From Balanoglossus misakiensis (taxonomy: Eukaryota; Animalia; Hemichordata), in NCBI GenBank assembly GCA_040954595.2, contig CM082591.2:733882-797881 (forward strand): DNA of 64,000 bases, given 5' to 3'. Positions 1 to 14,309 of this stretch are shown piece after piece (position 1 is the first letter of the stretch; each line of letters begins with the position of its first letter). Made by a program: the position numbers and the translations under genes. The notes beneath the pieces are model-generated. The model saw nothing but the letters and a program-made list of their open reading frames with translations, was not told the origin of the DNA and ran no database searches.

Positions 1-3000
1 ACATAATCTTGTTCAGTCCTGTCTCTGGCAACAATTTGCAGAGATAAACTCCCAGCTTGATTCAAACATGATATTCATTCACCCGAGCCAAATTTTATCA
101 GGAAAATATCACATACTGGTACATTAATATATTTAATCTTCAACGTATACATTTACATATCCTGCAATTTTACAGCATCTCCTTAGGATTTCCAATTATA
201 TTTCTTTAGAAGATCATCTGAGTGGGTCAGACTCCCTTCAGATACTTAGTTACCTGGTTTCAGGCCAATCCCATGCACATACATTACCCGCCTCGTTATT
301 GATTCTGTAACAATAAAGCTCATGGCAATTTTGTTCATCATACCTTTTCCTGTTGCAGGAAGTAATTACATTTATGATTTCCCCTAACAGTTAAACATAT
401 CCGATAGATTCAAAGGGCATGATTAGTATAGTAATAATATTTAGTGCACCTCACTGGCTCAGCATAACTTCGGGTGAACTTTATAGGACTAACTTTTAAG
501 AATAGATTAAACATGCCTGTGTAATATGTAAAATGACTATACAAGCTGGGTTTGCATTTGAGAGACTGTCTTCTGTCATGTGTTTTAAATAAAAACATAT
601 ATCATTAGATGGTCGGAAGACAAACATTATGCAAGCTGAGCACGAGTATGCGATACATCAACATGTGATCTTGATTTCCATTGTCATGGAAACGGGGTGT
701 AACTATAAATGATAAATAAATCAGTAAAAGTAACTGCTGCATTATGCTATATTTGAGGATTGGGAATACATTAATTGCTGTATTGATAACAGTGTACAGT
801 ATGAGAATACATTGAATGTTTGCGATGGCCATGTGACTGTTATAAATCAGACTATAGAGGGTGTTGTTTGGTCAAACAAAATTAAGGCCGACCTTACATG
901 TTTGCCGCAGGAGAAACATGACCAGAAGGACATGGAAACCACAAAACAGTACTTTCCAAGCCAAACAATCATAGATGTACTGAATCTAGTAAGACTAACA
1001 TAATAAAACCATCAGGTCGACACATACATAAAGCTCTGCGAAATTTGTTATCAGGATCAGCACATGCCGCGAGTGTGATTAGAGAATACCCGCAAAATCT
1101 GTTAAATTGCACCAGGGAAATCAACATTCATGGTTTTCTCAAAGCACCAATGTGTATTAAGTTTAAAGGTTACAACGCAATAGCTGTCTCCTAAGATTAG
1201 ACTATTCAGACAACCTGAAGGCATATATGCTCTGGACTAGCTTTGATGATCCTATCATCCAAAGCTAGCTGGAACTACAACTGATCGCTTCGTAGATCAA
1301 GTCGTGCTGACGAAGAGATGTCATGACTGCTGCAGGTAAAGATAGGAAATTAAATTCTTATAGCCTCTACCCAAACAGTTAACACTGTTCTCTTGCTGCG
1401 CACTGATAAAACGTCATGTCTTTAGGTTGGATGTACCTTGGGGACAGATTGTCAGAAAAAAATGTTAGTAAGTCCTCTACACCTTTCAATTCTTTGCTAT
1501 ATAAAATTCATGGTTTTCATGGATTGGTTTTCTGCGAAAAACCACTTCTGCGAAAACCACTTGTATACATTATCATACAATGATTAAGACCATGCATAAA
1601 ATGAGTTTGCATTAGACTCTCATCAGCCTTGAATTAGTGCAAGTGATGGTTAAGTTTATATGCACACATCCAATTATAATTTATGAATGGTGGGGTTAGA
1701 GAGTTATGATATTAAACAGAACTTGACATTTCCATATTTTCCATCTGATTCATGTTGAACAGATTTCTGCTTCAAATAGGTTGACGTTATTCATACTCAA
1801 AATGCTTGATGAAATCTACAGTTATAAATCAACTTCAATCTGTCTTGACTGCAACTTACAAATCAAGTTTCAATCAATCTCATCTACAGATGTCCAGATA
1901 ACTTGTAAAAGCTTTATTTTACTATCTTCAAATTCCAAATATTGCATTTCAGTGGGAATTGAACAGCAGTAAATAGAGGCAAAGATATACTGGTTTGAAT
2001 CGAGTAAAGCAAACCTCATCTTGGGAATGTTTAGAGCAGGTCGTCCCCCAAGAGCTCATGTTTTGACGGTAGTTTTAGACATAAGTGTTGATGTAATGAG
2101 CGGAAGCAGATGAAGGCTTGTCCTAAGTGGTTACCGGGCATTCTAGAGCACCATTAAGGTAATATATCTTTAAGGTGTATGTGTCTTGTTGACCGGCGAT
2201 GGAAAAAATATCGTTAAGTGTTATTAGGACAGCTATAGGTTTTTATTAATTGGTTTTTATGGTCACGGGAGATTGCTTGTAACTTGGAGTGATCCATACA
2301 AATATTTAACTTTGCAGCTATTTGTTGAATTATGACCATTTAAACACCATTGTCTTGTGAATAATTGAATAGCCTTTACAACAAGTTTCTGCAGTACAAG
2401 CATGGAGATGTATGTATGTAATGTATGTATGTATGTATGGGCAGTGTGCATCGGAATAAAGTAAGCAAATTAATTGTCCAGGTAAATAAATTACATGGGT
2501 ACAATACGTATAATGCAGAAGTTAGTGCAGTTGATAGTATAAGATCAATGACCTACATACAATGTACTTTTTGTAGATTGTCTGTTTGGACTACATTTTG
2601 GACTACATGGTTGCGGAATGTAATGGCATATACCCATCTGTGGTTGCCAAGATGTAATCGCATGCAGATAGCTGATGTGTATTAAAGTAACAAGACATGG
2701 TTGGGTGAATGCATTTGTGCCACGGATTACATTGATTCTATGGAGTCCAGCGATTACAGAAGGTGAAACTCGATAAAATCTTTGGTGTGGTGATGTGCTT
2801 TCTGAGAAAAGTGGCACATGGTGACTTATTATAATATTCATCTCCACATCTGTACACAGTAACAACCATCAGTGATTGCATTTTGGCAAAGGACTGATAA
2901 CAAGACATAAAGGGGAATGTTCCTGTGTATTTGAAAAACAAAATTGCCCTATATAGTCCCCTTAATGCTCATTGTCCATCATAGCTAATTAGGAATTCAG

Positions 3001-4635
3001 TATTCCCCTGTATTTGTCAATTGTACCCGTTAAATACTGTGTATTCAGATGTCTAAGGCATTGTGAGTGAGCCTAGGCTCTATCGTGACGTCACTAATGA
3101 GATACAACACCCAGGGTCACATATCCAATCAGCTGCCTGTGGCGATCGATGCTCGTTGTCTTATCAACAATAAATTGTAAGTGCAATTTCTTGCGGTTTG
3201 AGATGGGTTCAACTGATTCCTTTAAAGTGCACCTATAAAATTTAATTGGGTTCCAGATACTAATGTCAAGATAACTTGAACATAGACAAAAACCATGGAG
3301 AGCAAAATACTGTCAACTGACCATGTAATTCATAAGCATAAGAGAAAACCCCACTCTTTCCTTCAACTGTACATATAACTGAACTACACAACCCTATAAT
3401 TGACATGATCGAGTGTACATTCCCTGTGCTATGATCAACATGTTCGAAAGCGCCCTCATACCTTGATTTGCTGTTTACTAAGCTAGTTTGCTACAGAGTC
3501 CCTGTATACTTCCAAATTGGCATGTATTTCCAATTTCATGTTCGATTTCCCATGAAGGCATTCAGTTCCTTGCCGAATCAGATCAAAGGGCGTCGGTTTG
3601 AACAGATTTCCATAGAATAAAGCTAAACAAAATTAAAACCGCATGATGTATACACGCAATGGGTTTGCATTATAGACTTTTCAACGTTTTAATTGGAAAT
3701 GGGTATCTAAATGAAAACTGGTATCTGCATTCATTTTCATTTGAAGCAAGCAATACTTAATTAAACATACGGCTGTCGTTAAACATGAAAGGCATACTAA
3801 TAAAATGCGAAATAGAATATACATGCTACAAACTCATTCGAAACTCTTACCCATTAAAGTTACATGTAGGTTATTAAATTTTATCACTATTATTGTGGAT
3901 ATACGTAAAGTAAGAACCACATAGTGGACAGTGTATCTTTAATCACCTTCTTTAAAATGGAACTCGCGCGGGAGAAGCTCTTACAAATTTGTGGCTGATA
4001 TATGACTTAGAATCTATATTCTCTGTGTTATTGATTAGACAACTGGAAAGGGCCTCATTGTGGAGAGTATTAAAACAAACCCACTGACGCGTGGCTCAGA
4101 AATCGATCACAAAGAGTCCAGATGGTGCTGCTCAGGGATACACATTTAAGCCAATCAGAATGGTCATGTGGATGTCACATGATATGCAAAAAACTTGTAC
4201 GTGAAACGTCATAAGTGAAGACGATGCACTAAGCCGAACCACACAAATCTCCGCTGACAATATTAGTGAGAATCACGCCGAATATATTTGTGATACTGCT
4301 GGAACAATCCATATAGAGACAGATCCACACAACATATACATTGTAATGATTGAAACTACGATGATTTAAGACACAATCACACAATTTACAGTACCTCACC
4401 AATTACACATACATTATATCATCAATAATTTGGCGAATTTAGTCTGATGTCCTTCTGACGATCAATAAAATACATGGCATTGTGGCTTTATTTTAATCCC
4501 ATAAATGCATGTTACATTCTCCTTCCTTCAATCTTGCACATGGACCGTGGAATTTTCCCTGTTGCACAATAGAGGGCGAGAGTAAAGATTTTTTTGTGAA
4601 TGGCTTTTGAATCCGAATGATCTCTCTCTGTCTAT

Positions 4636-4694
4636 CTTTCTATCTATCTATCTATCTATCTACCAACCTACCTACCTACATGTATCTATCTATC
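4636..4694. repeat. (CTAT)n/(CTAC)n microsatellite
   Basis: Read directly. Confidence 0.85.
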
Positions 4695-5276
4695 AGTAAC
4701 ACCGGGTGACACAAGGAAGATTGTTATAATCGTAAACGTCGATCTTTTAGATATATTACCTTCTCTGTGTTGACAGAGTTTTATGTACAAACCGTGAAGA
4801 ATGTTGCATCAGGGCATTCAGGGTTCATAGGAATGTATGGTGATTATGACTTGTCTCAGGGCGATTTCTGTATGCTAGCTTGTTTAATATATTTGTAGTT
4901 CGACGACATCCACATTCTCTCACGTTCTCATGCTGCTTTGCCAAGGGATTAACTTTTTACGAATGGTTTGAGTTGTTTTTGTTGGCAAATGGAATATTAA
5001 GTAGGAGAATGTGTCCTCTGGGAAATGTCCGGGTGAGCAAGGAGCGAAAAGGGATTAGAAAAGGGGAAGGTCTGACTTTCAAGACTTGACTGACGATATC
5101 TGAACAGTAATGCGACTTCACTTGACAGAAATTGAACGTGCTGTTTGGTAAATGCAACACAGATACAGATATTTGTCAAAATTGACAGAAACAAACTGAA
5201 TACACATTCAAGAAATGAAGGTTTTGAGCGCCTACCTTTAAGCAGAATGTTATAAATTTGTGTGCAGGTGTGTGTA

Positions 5277-5333
5277 CATTCATTCATTCATTCATTCATT
5301 CATTCATTCATTCATTCATTCATGCATGCATGC

Positions 5334-5364
<31 letters not shown>

Positions 5365-5444
5365 CATACATACATACATACATACATACATTAACATACA
5401 TACATACATACATACATACATACATACATACATACATACATACA
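5277..5444. repeat. Compound microsatellite (CATT)n-(CATA)n
   Basis: Read directly; explains the spurious HSFI/HTYI ORFs. Confidence 0.97.
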
Positions 5445-8378
5445 TTGTTACGTTAGTACATATGGATTCCTAAGAGCAAAAGGCTGGAATAATGAACCTT
5501 TCACGCTTATTCAGCATTTGCTAATTATTTAAGTGCCTGAAGCAATAAGAAGGATATGACATTTACAATGTTTTACAGTTAACGTAAACAGAGAAGGTTC
5601 AGTGAAACTTGACCTTTTGTTTTGTAATGGTTACCGAACGCAATGCTTCATTGCACAGTGAACTTTTAGCATTTGATAAAAGTGCAAGACTGTCTTCCCA
5701 AGCGAAGGTCCTATTCGCCCAAAGGTTCAGAGATTCTCGGAGCCGTGGTATCTCATGTTTATTCTAGAACAACGTTTCATGCAACCACCTGACTAATAGC
5801 ACTGTGGTAAACAGTATTTGCAAGAGCTATCCGTTCAGCACTCCTACGAATAATTCAAGATAGCTTAAAAGTACATTGAGACCTTTTGATCACAAGCTCA
5901 TATTTGCTCCATTTGACATTCCATGCACCTTTAATGTAGACACTATTCATATATTTTCCCCAGGTAAAACGTTTAATGGCAGAATAATAAATCGCCTCTG
6001 TGCATTTCTCGGTAAATTTTTCATGCCAATGTGGGCGCCAGGGGGCAACTTTTTCGACAGGCTGACATGAAGGATGGTGTATTACTTTGCTCGCTGTCTG
6101 TAAGCGATCTAATCATTATGGACTTATTCTGAAAGCAACGTTTGTGAAAACTGGAAACAAGGTGCAATATTGCTTGAACGTGTCCGCTTAGTGAACGAGA
6201 ATAGTACTATTATTTATGGGGGAGTGTAGATCAGCAAGCTCGAGTATGAAGCAAGATCTCTACAGAATGAACGCGATATGTAGCTAAAAACGACTTGCTG
6301 TATGTTTGCATAAATAAAATGTAGTCGAATGTGAATGTTGTGAACTCAGGTGGGCTGATGTAGTCTGTTGCTAAGTATATGAGCTCATTTGGTCTCCCTT
6401 CAATAGAACAATCCATGATTGAGAATTTTCAGGTACTCGACTTTTTCCCAGAACGGCTCAAGTTACAACAACCAATTAGGTGACCTTCGAAGACGACAAC
6501 TCAATTTACTTAAATTGACAGGTGGAACTGCTTTGACAGCTGCTAATGGCTCAGCGTTACATATATACGTCTGTTCCTGCGATGATCTTGCCATGTGTGG
6601 ACATAGTTTAGTCAAAATTAATTTTGCGTGGTTGTTGCCTAGCACAATATTTTACATCTATTGTGGAAAATATAATGTGTGGGCGATCGTTTATGGTTTA
6701 TGACTGATTCTTATGATGGCGATAATATGCTATCACAATACTGTACAAGTCCATGGTTTGGACTCGGGTCATATTAGCATAGAGTTTTGCTTCAACTGTT
6801 TTTTTCTACAAAAGATGGATCGCCCCAAACTAAATTTTCTCTCTTTGGAATACGTCCTCTATAGTTAGAAGCGCTGGTTTGTCATACTAGTTACGTAATC
6901 CCTAGTTATTAAGAAGGGCACGAATTACGTTTTGTCGCACAAAGGTGCCATGACAACAGTGACGCAAGAGAAGAAACCGTGCACGATCATTTGGCAGGTG
7001 TTTACAACATGCACTTCTTTGTAACAGTCACAAACCCTGTTACGAGAAGGTCAATGAACACGAGTTGTGCAGCTGTGACTTTGTTAACCGCCGCCATCAA
7101 CGAAGCGGAAAGTTTTAATCACACGACCCCGGGGATATAATCACCAAGAAATTTTATTACACAGCGGCATGTTGACTAAAATTAATGAACGGATTATTTA
7201 CTCAAGTTACGTTTGATGTGATCAATCTAGCTTTTCTCGTGATTTTCGGAAAAATTAATGCCATTTACACCATCTTTAATTTCCCATGCCTCATGCAAGC
7301 TAACTTTGAATCATTTTGCAAATTATAAAGACTTAAGTGTACTTTGCCTCATGCCTTCCTTTTTCCGTTTTTTTATACTAACATAAACCATTTTTAAAGA
7401 AGAGGACAGAGTGCTCGCCATCTTGTCTTTGAGATAACAGACAAATTATTCACGTTTGAAAACCAGTTTCTGTTTCTGTGTCTTTATTGACAACACTGAA
7501 AAATTGGAGTTAAATAATCCAGATATGCTTAGAAGAATATTTACGTTGTATTTTCGCATATTAATGTTTCCTCGTTGCAGGTCACACAGCGATAAATGAA
7601 TAAAACATTCGCTCAAGTGGTTGTTGGGTTAAAGGTCACGAACTATCACAGTATCTCATCTCGCTGTCTCTTGTCTTGGAGGGCTTTTTATAACATGGAA
7701 ACACGAGGTAAAAACTCATCAAAGCAGCGCTCAAAGAAGGCGGCTTCCACTTTTCAACGATTTAAAGGCGAATGCTAGAAAACGTGCACGTGTTGCCTTG
7801 ATCACAACGAATTGTTGTTAACGATCTCCGATGTAATATGGGGGTGCAATACGACCTTGCCGAGCATATTGAGTTGTAATGAAGTTACTGTCAGAATCGA
7901 TGGAGTCAATTTGCTGCGAAAACGGTGCCACTAGTGAAAATAAAACGAATTGCATGCTCACTTTTGTGTTTTCTTTGTATATGCGCAGTTCAGATTGCGT
8001 GCTACGACACGTCATTGTGTCTTCTCGACGTATTCAATCATTTTCTGATAGAAGTTTTACACTCAGCTAAATTGTCCTTACAAATATCACTGCATTATTT
8101 AGTCGCTTAATTCAACATGTAGTCCCTTGAAGCTTTCCGTGTAGATAATCATGAGCTAAAAGCATCAGTACTTGCGACACAATTCCACAATATATCAGTC
8201 TGGTCGTAACTGAACTAATCTCATACCATAATGGTCATAAATCATGTCCTTGTCAGTGGTATCTGGCTGATTCAGTTGGTACACGTGATAAATATGGGTA
8301 CATTTCTATAATTCATTATTCCCTTTGAATGTTTCAGGATGGTTGACAATACTAGGCAGTTTGCTGAAGTAGGAAGAT

Positions 8379-8422
<44 letters not shown>
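8379..8422. repeat. (CAT)n microsatellite
   Basis: Read directly. Confidence 0.97.
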
Positions 8423-10560
8423 TAATATCGATGGATGCACATCTTATACAGTCTGGACAGGATGGAAACATCTAAACCTATCAGGAGGTGGGTATATTTG
8501 CATGGGTATGATCATATGTATCACCAATCATGACAAGTCGAAAGTGACGAAACACCAAATAGCAGCATGGGAATCTTAACCTTATTACTGTCGCAACACT
8601 TTGACGTTTTATTCAACAGCAAAGATTGTTAAATATTAAACTCCCAGATGACCGAAAATTGTACCAGCTGCATAGTCGATCACAAACGCTCGGGACCAGA
8701 AGTAAGCTGAGTGCGCTTACAACTATCGAGTGATGATATAAACCTCGTCATTTATTCCACGTATACGTCAAATACGATACGTCGTATTCAACATTTCACA
8801 TGGAGGAAGGGCACATTTACTTGCTGACAGAAACGCCAAGAAAAATATGATTTTATAACAGCTCACGGAGCCACAATCTCGCCTATTCACGTACCTACGA
8901 CCTCTCCACACTTCTGCCAAAGCACGCAAAAGCGAAAATCCCGCGAGCCACAGACCTTTGAATACGTGTAAAGAGTTTCATTTTGTGTCCCCTTGGAACG
9001 TGGTAGCCACAAATGCATCTTGTCGGCATTAACAAGCCAACAAAAACCTATAAAGTATATATTCAAAGAAATCCAAACGAAGTTTGTGTTTGTTGGATTT
9101 CAGAGAATCAGTGCTGTCATGTTGAGAATTAACAGTTGCCATAGAAACCGTGGATAGAATACGCCGTGACGTAGACAGAGTCTATCAATCACAGCCTCGG
9201 AGCAGAAGCTAAAGTCTCTGTATGCGTGTAATATATTAGTAGTATGATGGAACGGCTATGCTCCCAGAAGCGTAGCAACCATGATTGTTGTTACTGTGTG
9301 ATGTATTGCAACAACTGTCACAGAAACATTACCAGTGAAGCGATAGCTGATATGTTCAAAATGACAAAAACGCCACACCAGATCAGCACACTACAGCATA
9401 TCATTTGATAAAATCATCTTTACACAAAAAAACTTTTGTCGGACAGACTATTCGCCGGCATCCGAATGCAACAATGTACGCTGATTTTCTCGGAAATCAA
9501 GCCTATAAATTTACGCGATCTTTTATTGTGGTCACTAATGAAAACATAATCATGGCAGTCATTGTGCAGGCAGTCAACGCTTTATCAATGTATTGCTTTA
9601 TCCAGACAGATGAACATAAATAATGAAGGGAAAGTTGTGCTAACTGTGGATAAATCACATTTGCTTGACACCTTTTTGTGTAGGGCGGTAGCAGTTTAAA
9701 TTCAATCTCTATTCAACTCTAGAAAAGCGCAGACAATCATTATCTGCATTTGGGGAGACACAGTAATAACGTCGTCACAAAGTTAAATTGTTGCGTCACA
9801 GTCCTGCATGGTTATTGTCAATCATTCACGTCACCTTGCGACTTAAATTGGCCGCCGGTTTTTACTAGATGCTATTTTAAGAGTGGGTACGATGTAGTAC
9901 GTTTTCTGTTAAAGACTAAGTCATTCGTGAAAACTTAAACACAATCGCATAAAATAAAGTTAGTTTTCACCATTTAGATTTCACCATGTCACAATTGATA
10001 TATTACCTCTATTAAAGCTACTCGATAATTTATACACTTTCAGTTATCTCTTTGATCTACCCTACGACTAAATGACTGTCTGTATTGCTTTGGCATTTCT
10101 TCGCCAAGCTTCAGAGCAAATGCTTTTCTCGCCAAAAATTTGGGAAGAAAAACATTTCTTGAGATTATATATTGGCTAAATCACTCGAAAGTCTGTGGAT
10201 AAATGTAGTTCAGTTCGTTCACTGGTTTAAACAGTTTTAATCAAATTAGTGGGACGCATTAAAGTAACTGTTTTAATATTTAATTACAACTAAGTAATCA
10301 ATGTATAGTATTCATTCTGTTTTCTTCAAAGTGTCAAACAAGAAATAGGTCGCTGAGGCTTGTAAAGATAACCTGAACACATACAGGTCTGATTTACGGT
10401 TCTAAGTTCACAGGGAAGAATAGTTGCCCTTTCATTATATTATGTTGAAAACAATTACAGAAGGTACATGGACTTATAGCTCGTTTTTCACTGCACACAA
10501 ACCAATACCACATCCATTTCCCAGAAATTTCGCAGCCACTCTATAATAAATCGTACTCAC

Positions 10561-10679
10561 CGTTTCGGTGGAGCAAATCTACCAGTCCGTGGAAACGGCG
10601 GTGTTGGAGTTCCGTCTCGGCTTGATCCGGGTAGTTCGCAGATCTTTTCTTCCATGATGCTGGAAGGAGGAAGATCCAT
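10561..10679 (-). CDS. Probable first coding exon of an unidentified gene continuing leftwards (MDLPPSSIMEEKICELPGSSRDGTPTPPFPRTGRFAPPKR)
   Basis: ATG at 10679 directly after an in-frame TGA; 119-nt open frame ending at a strong donor CG|GTGAGT (phase 2). The flank is CpG-rich and has a YY1-like ATATGGCGCC at about 10996-11005 (minus strand). No downstream exon identified confidently. Confidence 0.55.
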
Positions 10680-12116
10680 TCAAAAACAGAGAATTATTAC
10701 CAAAAAATCCGTGAAAATGCCGTTTCCCGACAACGATAATAATTCGGAGCCTCTGCCGACAACTACATCAATAATCATTCTCGTAAGTGTGGCGAGAATA
10801 ACCCCAAGTTGGAATCGTCCATTCCAAGGAAGGGGGTTGACAGAGATCATCAAAAATGCCATACCAGAGGCACTATATTGGACTACCCTTCACAAGGTAA
10901 AACCTCACCAAATTCTTGGGTACCTGGGTAAACAAGAAATGCACCTAAAGGCACTTGACACTCACCTGATTCTGACATTCCAAATAACGGGAAAAGGCGC
11001 CATATTGTAAAGTGGTGTATTGTGGATGTGTAAGTGATCGCATCCATATCTCACCTCTTTCAAACCAACTGGTTGGTCGCCTTTCGACTGCTCCCTAACG
11101 AATGTGGTGTGCTAACAGCAATCTGGTGAATAAGGTTAACAGAAGTGTACTATATCAGATCTAAAAACCGGTGACACTGTACTCAGGTGTTTCTTTTTAT
11201 TGACATTCTCTTCACTTTTTATTGTTTTTACTCTGATTTAGTATAATACCACCTTGACAGTTATGCAACGCACCTTGTACTTCTGGTAATTAGATAAGCA
11301 CCATGTTCCTTCTGATATGATTATAATAAACTTCTTTGACTTCGTTCCTGGAGTAAATAGAGTGAAAGTGGTGGATGACATATTTGAGTCTGAGTTTAAT
11401 TTAGAAGAGCGGCGGGTAAAATTATCATGTATGAGGTTCTCTGCAAAAGACTAGATCAACTACTGACCCGCAGTGCGACTGAGCGTGCAAACGAACAAGA
11501 TAGCTTCTCCAGTTCGATTAACGTCACGTGGTTCACTGCGAACTGAGACCTGACATGAGTGTATAGGGGATGATGGTGTTCCCTGAAATGGCTTTGATGA
11601 AAACGGGCAGATAAATGATTACATGTGTAACCCCATCAAATGTACTATCACCGAGGATGATGACGTGACCATGCAGTCGTCACAACCAATAATCTGCCCT
11701 AATAGACGAGACACATTAAAAGGAACATCACGTGACATGCAGTGCTCTTTTCAATTCACAGAAGAAGAACATTCTTTCGCGTGAATGACTGTCGCACTTC
11801 TAGCAGATCACTTCAAAAATAGAGAGAGTAAGCTGCCGCTCTTGTTGTCACGGTAATAGATGGTTTTCTGCTCATTTGCAGATCTTGCGAAATGTGTGCA
11901 GAACGAGTAGTATTCACTATAGCTGGGAAGAATGACGTAGTTCTACCATTATTTGGAAAAGAATAGTTCATCTTCGTGTAATTATCGCTAAATAGTTCTC
12001 CAATCATGTTGACACGCATCTCTAAAGAACAGGAATAGGGACACTTGGTTGTCTACTGTCAAATTCATGAACCTAGACACTTGTGAGAACCGATCCTTAA
12101 AACAGCGTCAGATTAC

Positions 12117-12232
12117 TTGGATTCCGTTTTCCTGTGAAAGGCCTTCAAGGTATATCTAGAAGAAGTCTTTTTTCCCAGAAGAGAGATTATTATCAACGGC
12201 AATGTCTCCAATTCTGCTATTCGATGCTTCAT
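12117..12232 (-). CDS. Possible alternative first coding exon of the same minus-strand gene (MKHRIAELETLPL...RKTESK)
   Basis: ATG at 12232, 116-nt open frame, donor AA|GTAATC in the same phase 2 as the 10561-10679 exon. It lies downstream of a GA-rich tract. The donor is weak. Confidence 0.25.
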
Positions 12233-12744
12233 TGTGACATTTACCTTACGGAAAGGATTCGTAGAATTTGGTATTAAAATCTCTTTGGAGATTTGCCACA
12301 ATTTTCAAAGTGTCTCTTGTGTAAAAAATATTTCTGTCTGAAGTCTCCATCAGTTGTTCCAAGGGAACGTGTGCTAAAGAACATGTCATATTCTATATTA
12401 CAAAAATTACATCAATACCTCATTTTTAAACTAGCCATATCCTAAATATACCCCCAAGGTTTAGATAATGGTATTTTATTTAATATAAAAAATAAACCAG
12501 TATGATTAAAATTCCCAATCTTCAATTAACTCGATATTGACAAATGAATCGTAGCCAACACAAATTGATGGCCTTGATGAATAGCCCAATCACGTAATCG
12601 GACACGAAATTGATGTGTCCTATTTTCTGAAAGGTCAAAATGCAGTGGAGCTGGAAAGTAATTAAACAGTGATAATAAAACATTCGTTTCACTGGCGTTT
12701 AGTTTAATGCTGGCTGGTCGAGAATGTCTGTTCGCTCTGTCGTT

Positions 12745-12746
<2 letters not shown>

Positions 12747-12796
<50 letters not shown>
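12747..12796. repeat. (TC)n microsatellite within a ~220-bp pyrimidine-rich tract
   Basis: Read directly; explains the ERER/LSLS ORFs. Confidence 0.97.
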
Positions 12797-12805
<9 letters not shown>

Positions 12806-14048
12806 GTTGTTTTGCTCTGCTCTGGTTTGCTTCTCTGCTTTGCTCTGTCTCTTCTCTGTCGATCTCTCATCTGCTCTATGTTTCTCTGCCTCTAGTCTGC
12901 ACCGTTTGATCTTTCTCTGCCTCTGCTGTTTTGCTCTCCTTGACAATCGGTAGAATCGTTTAAATGTATAACAACAACGTGTCGAATTTGCCCAGAGGCC
13001 GATAACACTACTGCATGAAGATACTAATTTTGTCTTCTTTGTACATTGAACTATCACCCTTTCTCGTGCAGTAGAAATAATGTTGTTGTTAAGTGATTGT
13101 TAGTGTAACCGCTTATTAAGAGGAGTAGAATTGGCCATCTTATGCAGCATTTTGGCCATCCCTCCATGCTAATCGTCTGATCAAATTTCATCCGCCCATA
13201 GGGTTGTATTCGTATTGAAACAGTCAATGATAGTACTAACACGTAGGTCTATCAGCTGTGTACATAAAAATGGTGTTCGGTCATTCATGCTGAATGCTAA
13301 ACGTGTCGCCTGTAACTGATGCATAATTGGATATCAAGGTTCTCCAGGATAACATTTCCTTACGCTTTTAACCATGAAGAGACCTTTATTTTTTCTTTAA
13401 TGGGTTCTCAGCTGGCCTCCATCAGAGAATCCAATTTAGTTTTGTTGATTAGAGTGGACTAGTTCCTGGTGGTTTTATTCACACAGAGAAATTTAAACAT
13501 CCTAGTTACTAGGCAAGGGGCAGACCATTTAATATTACAAATGAAACCCCCTTCCAAAAAGTATAAACATGGGGAGATTTATAGTTAGGGATTAATTTCA
13601 TTCTATATGTATATGCACCGGTAAAGTATTAATGGAAATTATTAAATTTTACACGTACAAGCCACTTGAAGCAAATTTAAAACCATCGCCAACTTCTGAA
13701 ACAATATATTTTCCACTGCTATTCACCGCAGGGGGGTCCGTAATATATGCCTCAGTAGTCAGTAAATGATGAATTAGGCCTATATTAGCTGATCGAAGCA
13801 ACCCGTGAAATATGTATATACTCTGTACTTACCAACTCTGGCGCTGGTCTCTACTGTATGTGCTGGGAGTCTGGCTGACGCCATCATACGATCAGTGACA
13901 GATTTCTTTCATTTTCGGCATGATGACTTGGTCACCATGACAACACAATGTACATATGAGCCTCCGTCGACTAATGAATATTTGTATCGGAGAGCCATAT
14001 TTCCGCTGACATTTTATAACTCATGTTCAATTTGGTTGGCGTCCCATA

Positions 14049-14107
14049 TGGTCGAGGGGTTGCTAGCTGACTACGTGAGTTGATGCGGTAGATCTGGGTT
14101 CGAATCC
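14049..14107 (+). mobile_element. tRNA-derived SINE head / Pol III promoter relic
   Basis: A-box-like TGGTCGAGGGG (14049-14059) and consensus B-box GGTTCGAATCC (14097-14107); no intact cloverleaf. Confidence 0.55.
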
Positions 14108-14252
14108 TGTAAAATAAAAGTTGATTTCTAGCAATAGTCACACATAAGCTTTAAAGGTGACTATTGTCAACTGGTCATCACAACCATTATCATCTTCGTT
14201 GTTGAGAACGGTGGTGATATAGGTGGCTGGCGGTGGTGATGCTGCTGGTACA

Positions 14253-14309
<57 letters not shown>
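14253..14309. repeat. (GAT)n microsatellite
   Basis: Read directly; explains the poly-Ile ORF. Confidence 0.97.

Noticed and set aside
8647-8701. Plus-strand mini-exon candidate (CAG|ATGACC...GAA|GTAAGC)
   Set aside because: Weak pyrimidine tract, no partner exons and no recognisable peptide.
10654-11010. 118-aa plus-strand ORF
   Set aside because: No recognisable motif or splice support; it lies antisense to the putative minus-strand first exon and 5' UTR.
14041-14110. Functional tRNA gene
   Set aside because: A and B boxes are present, but I could not fold acceptor and anticodon stems, and there is no clear poly-T terminator; treated as a SINE-like relic.
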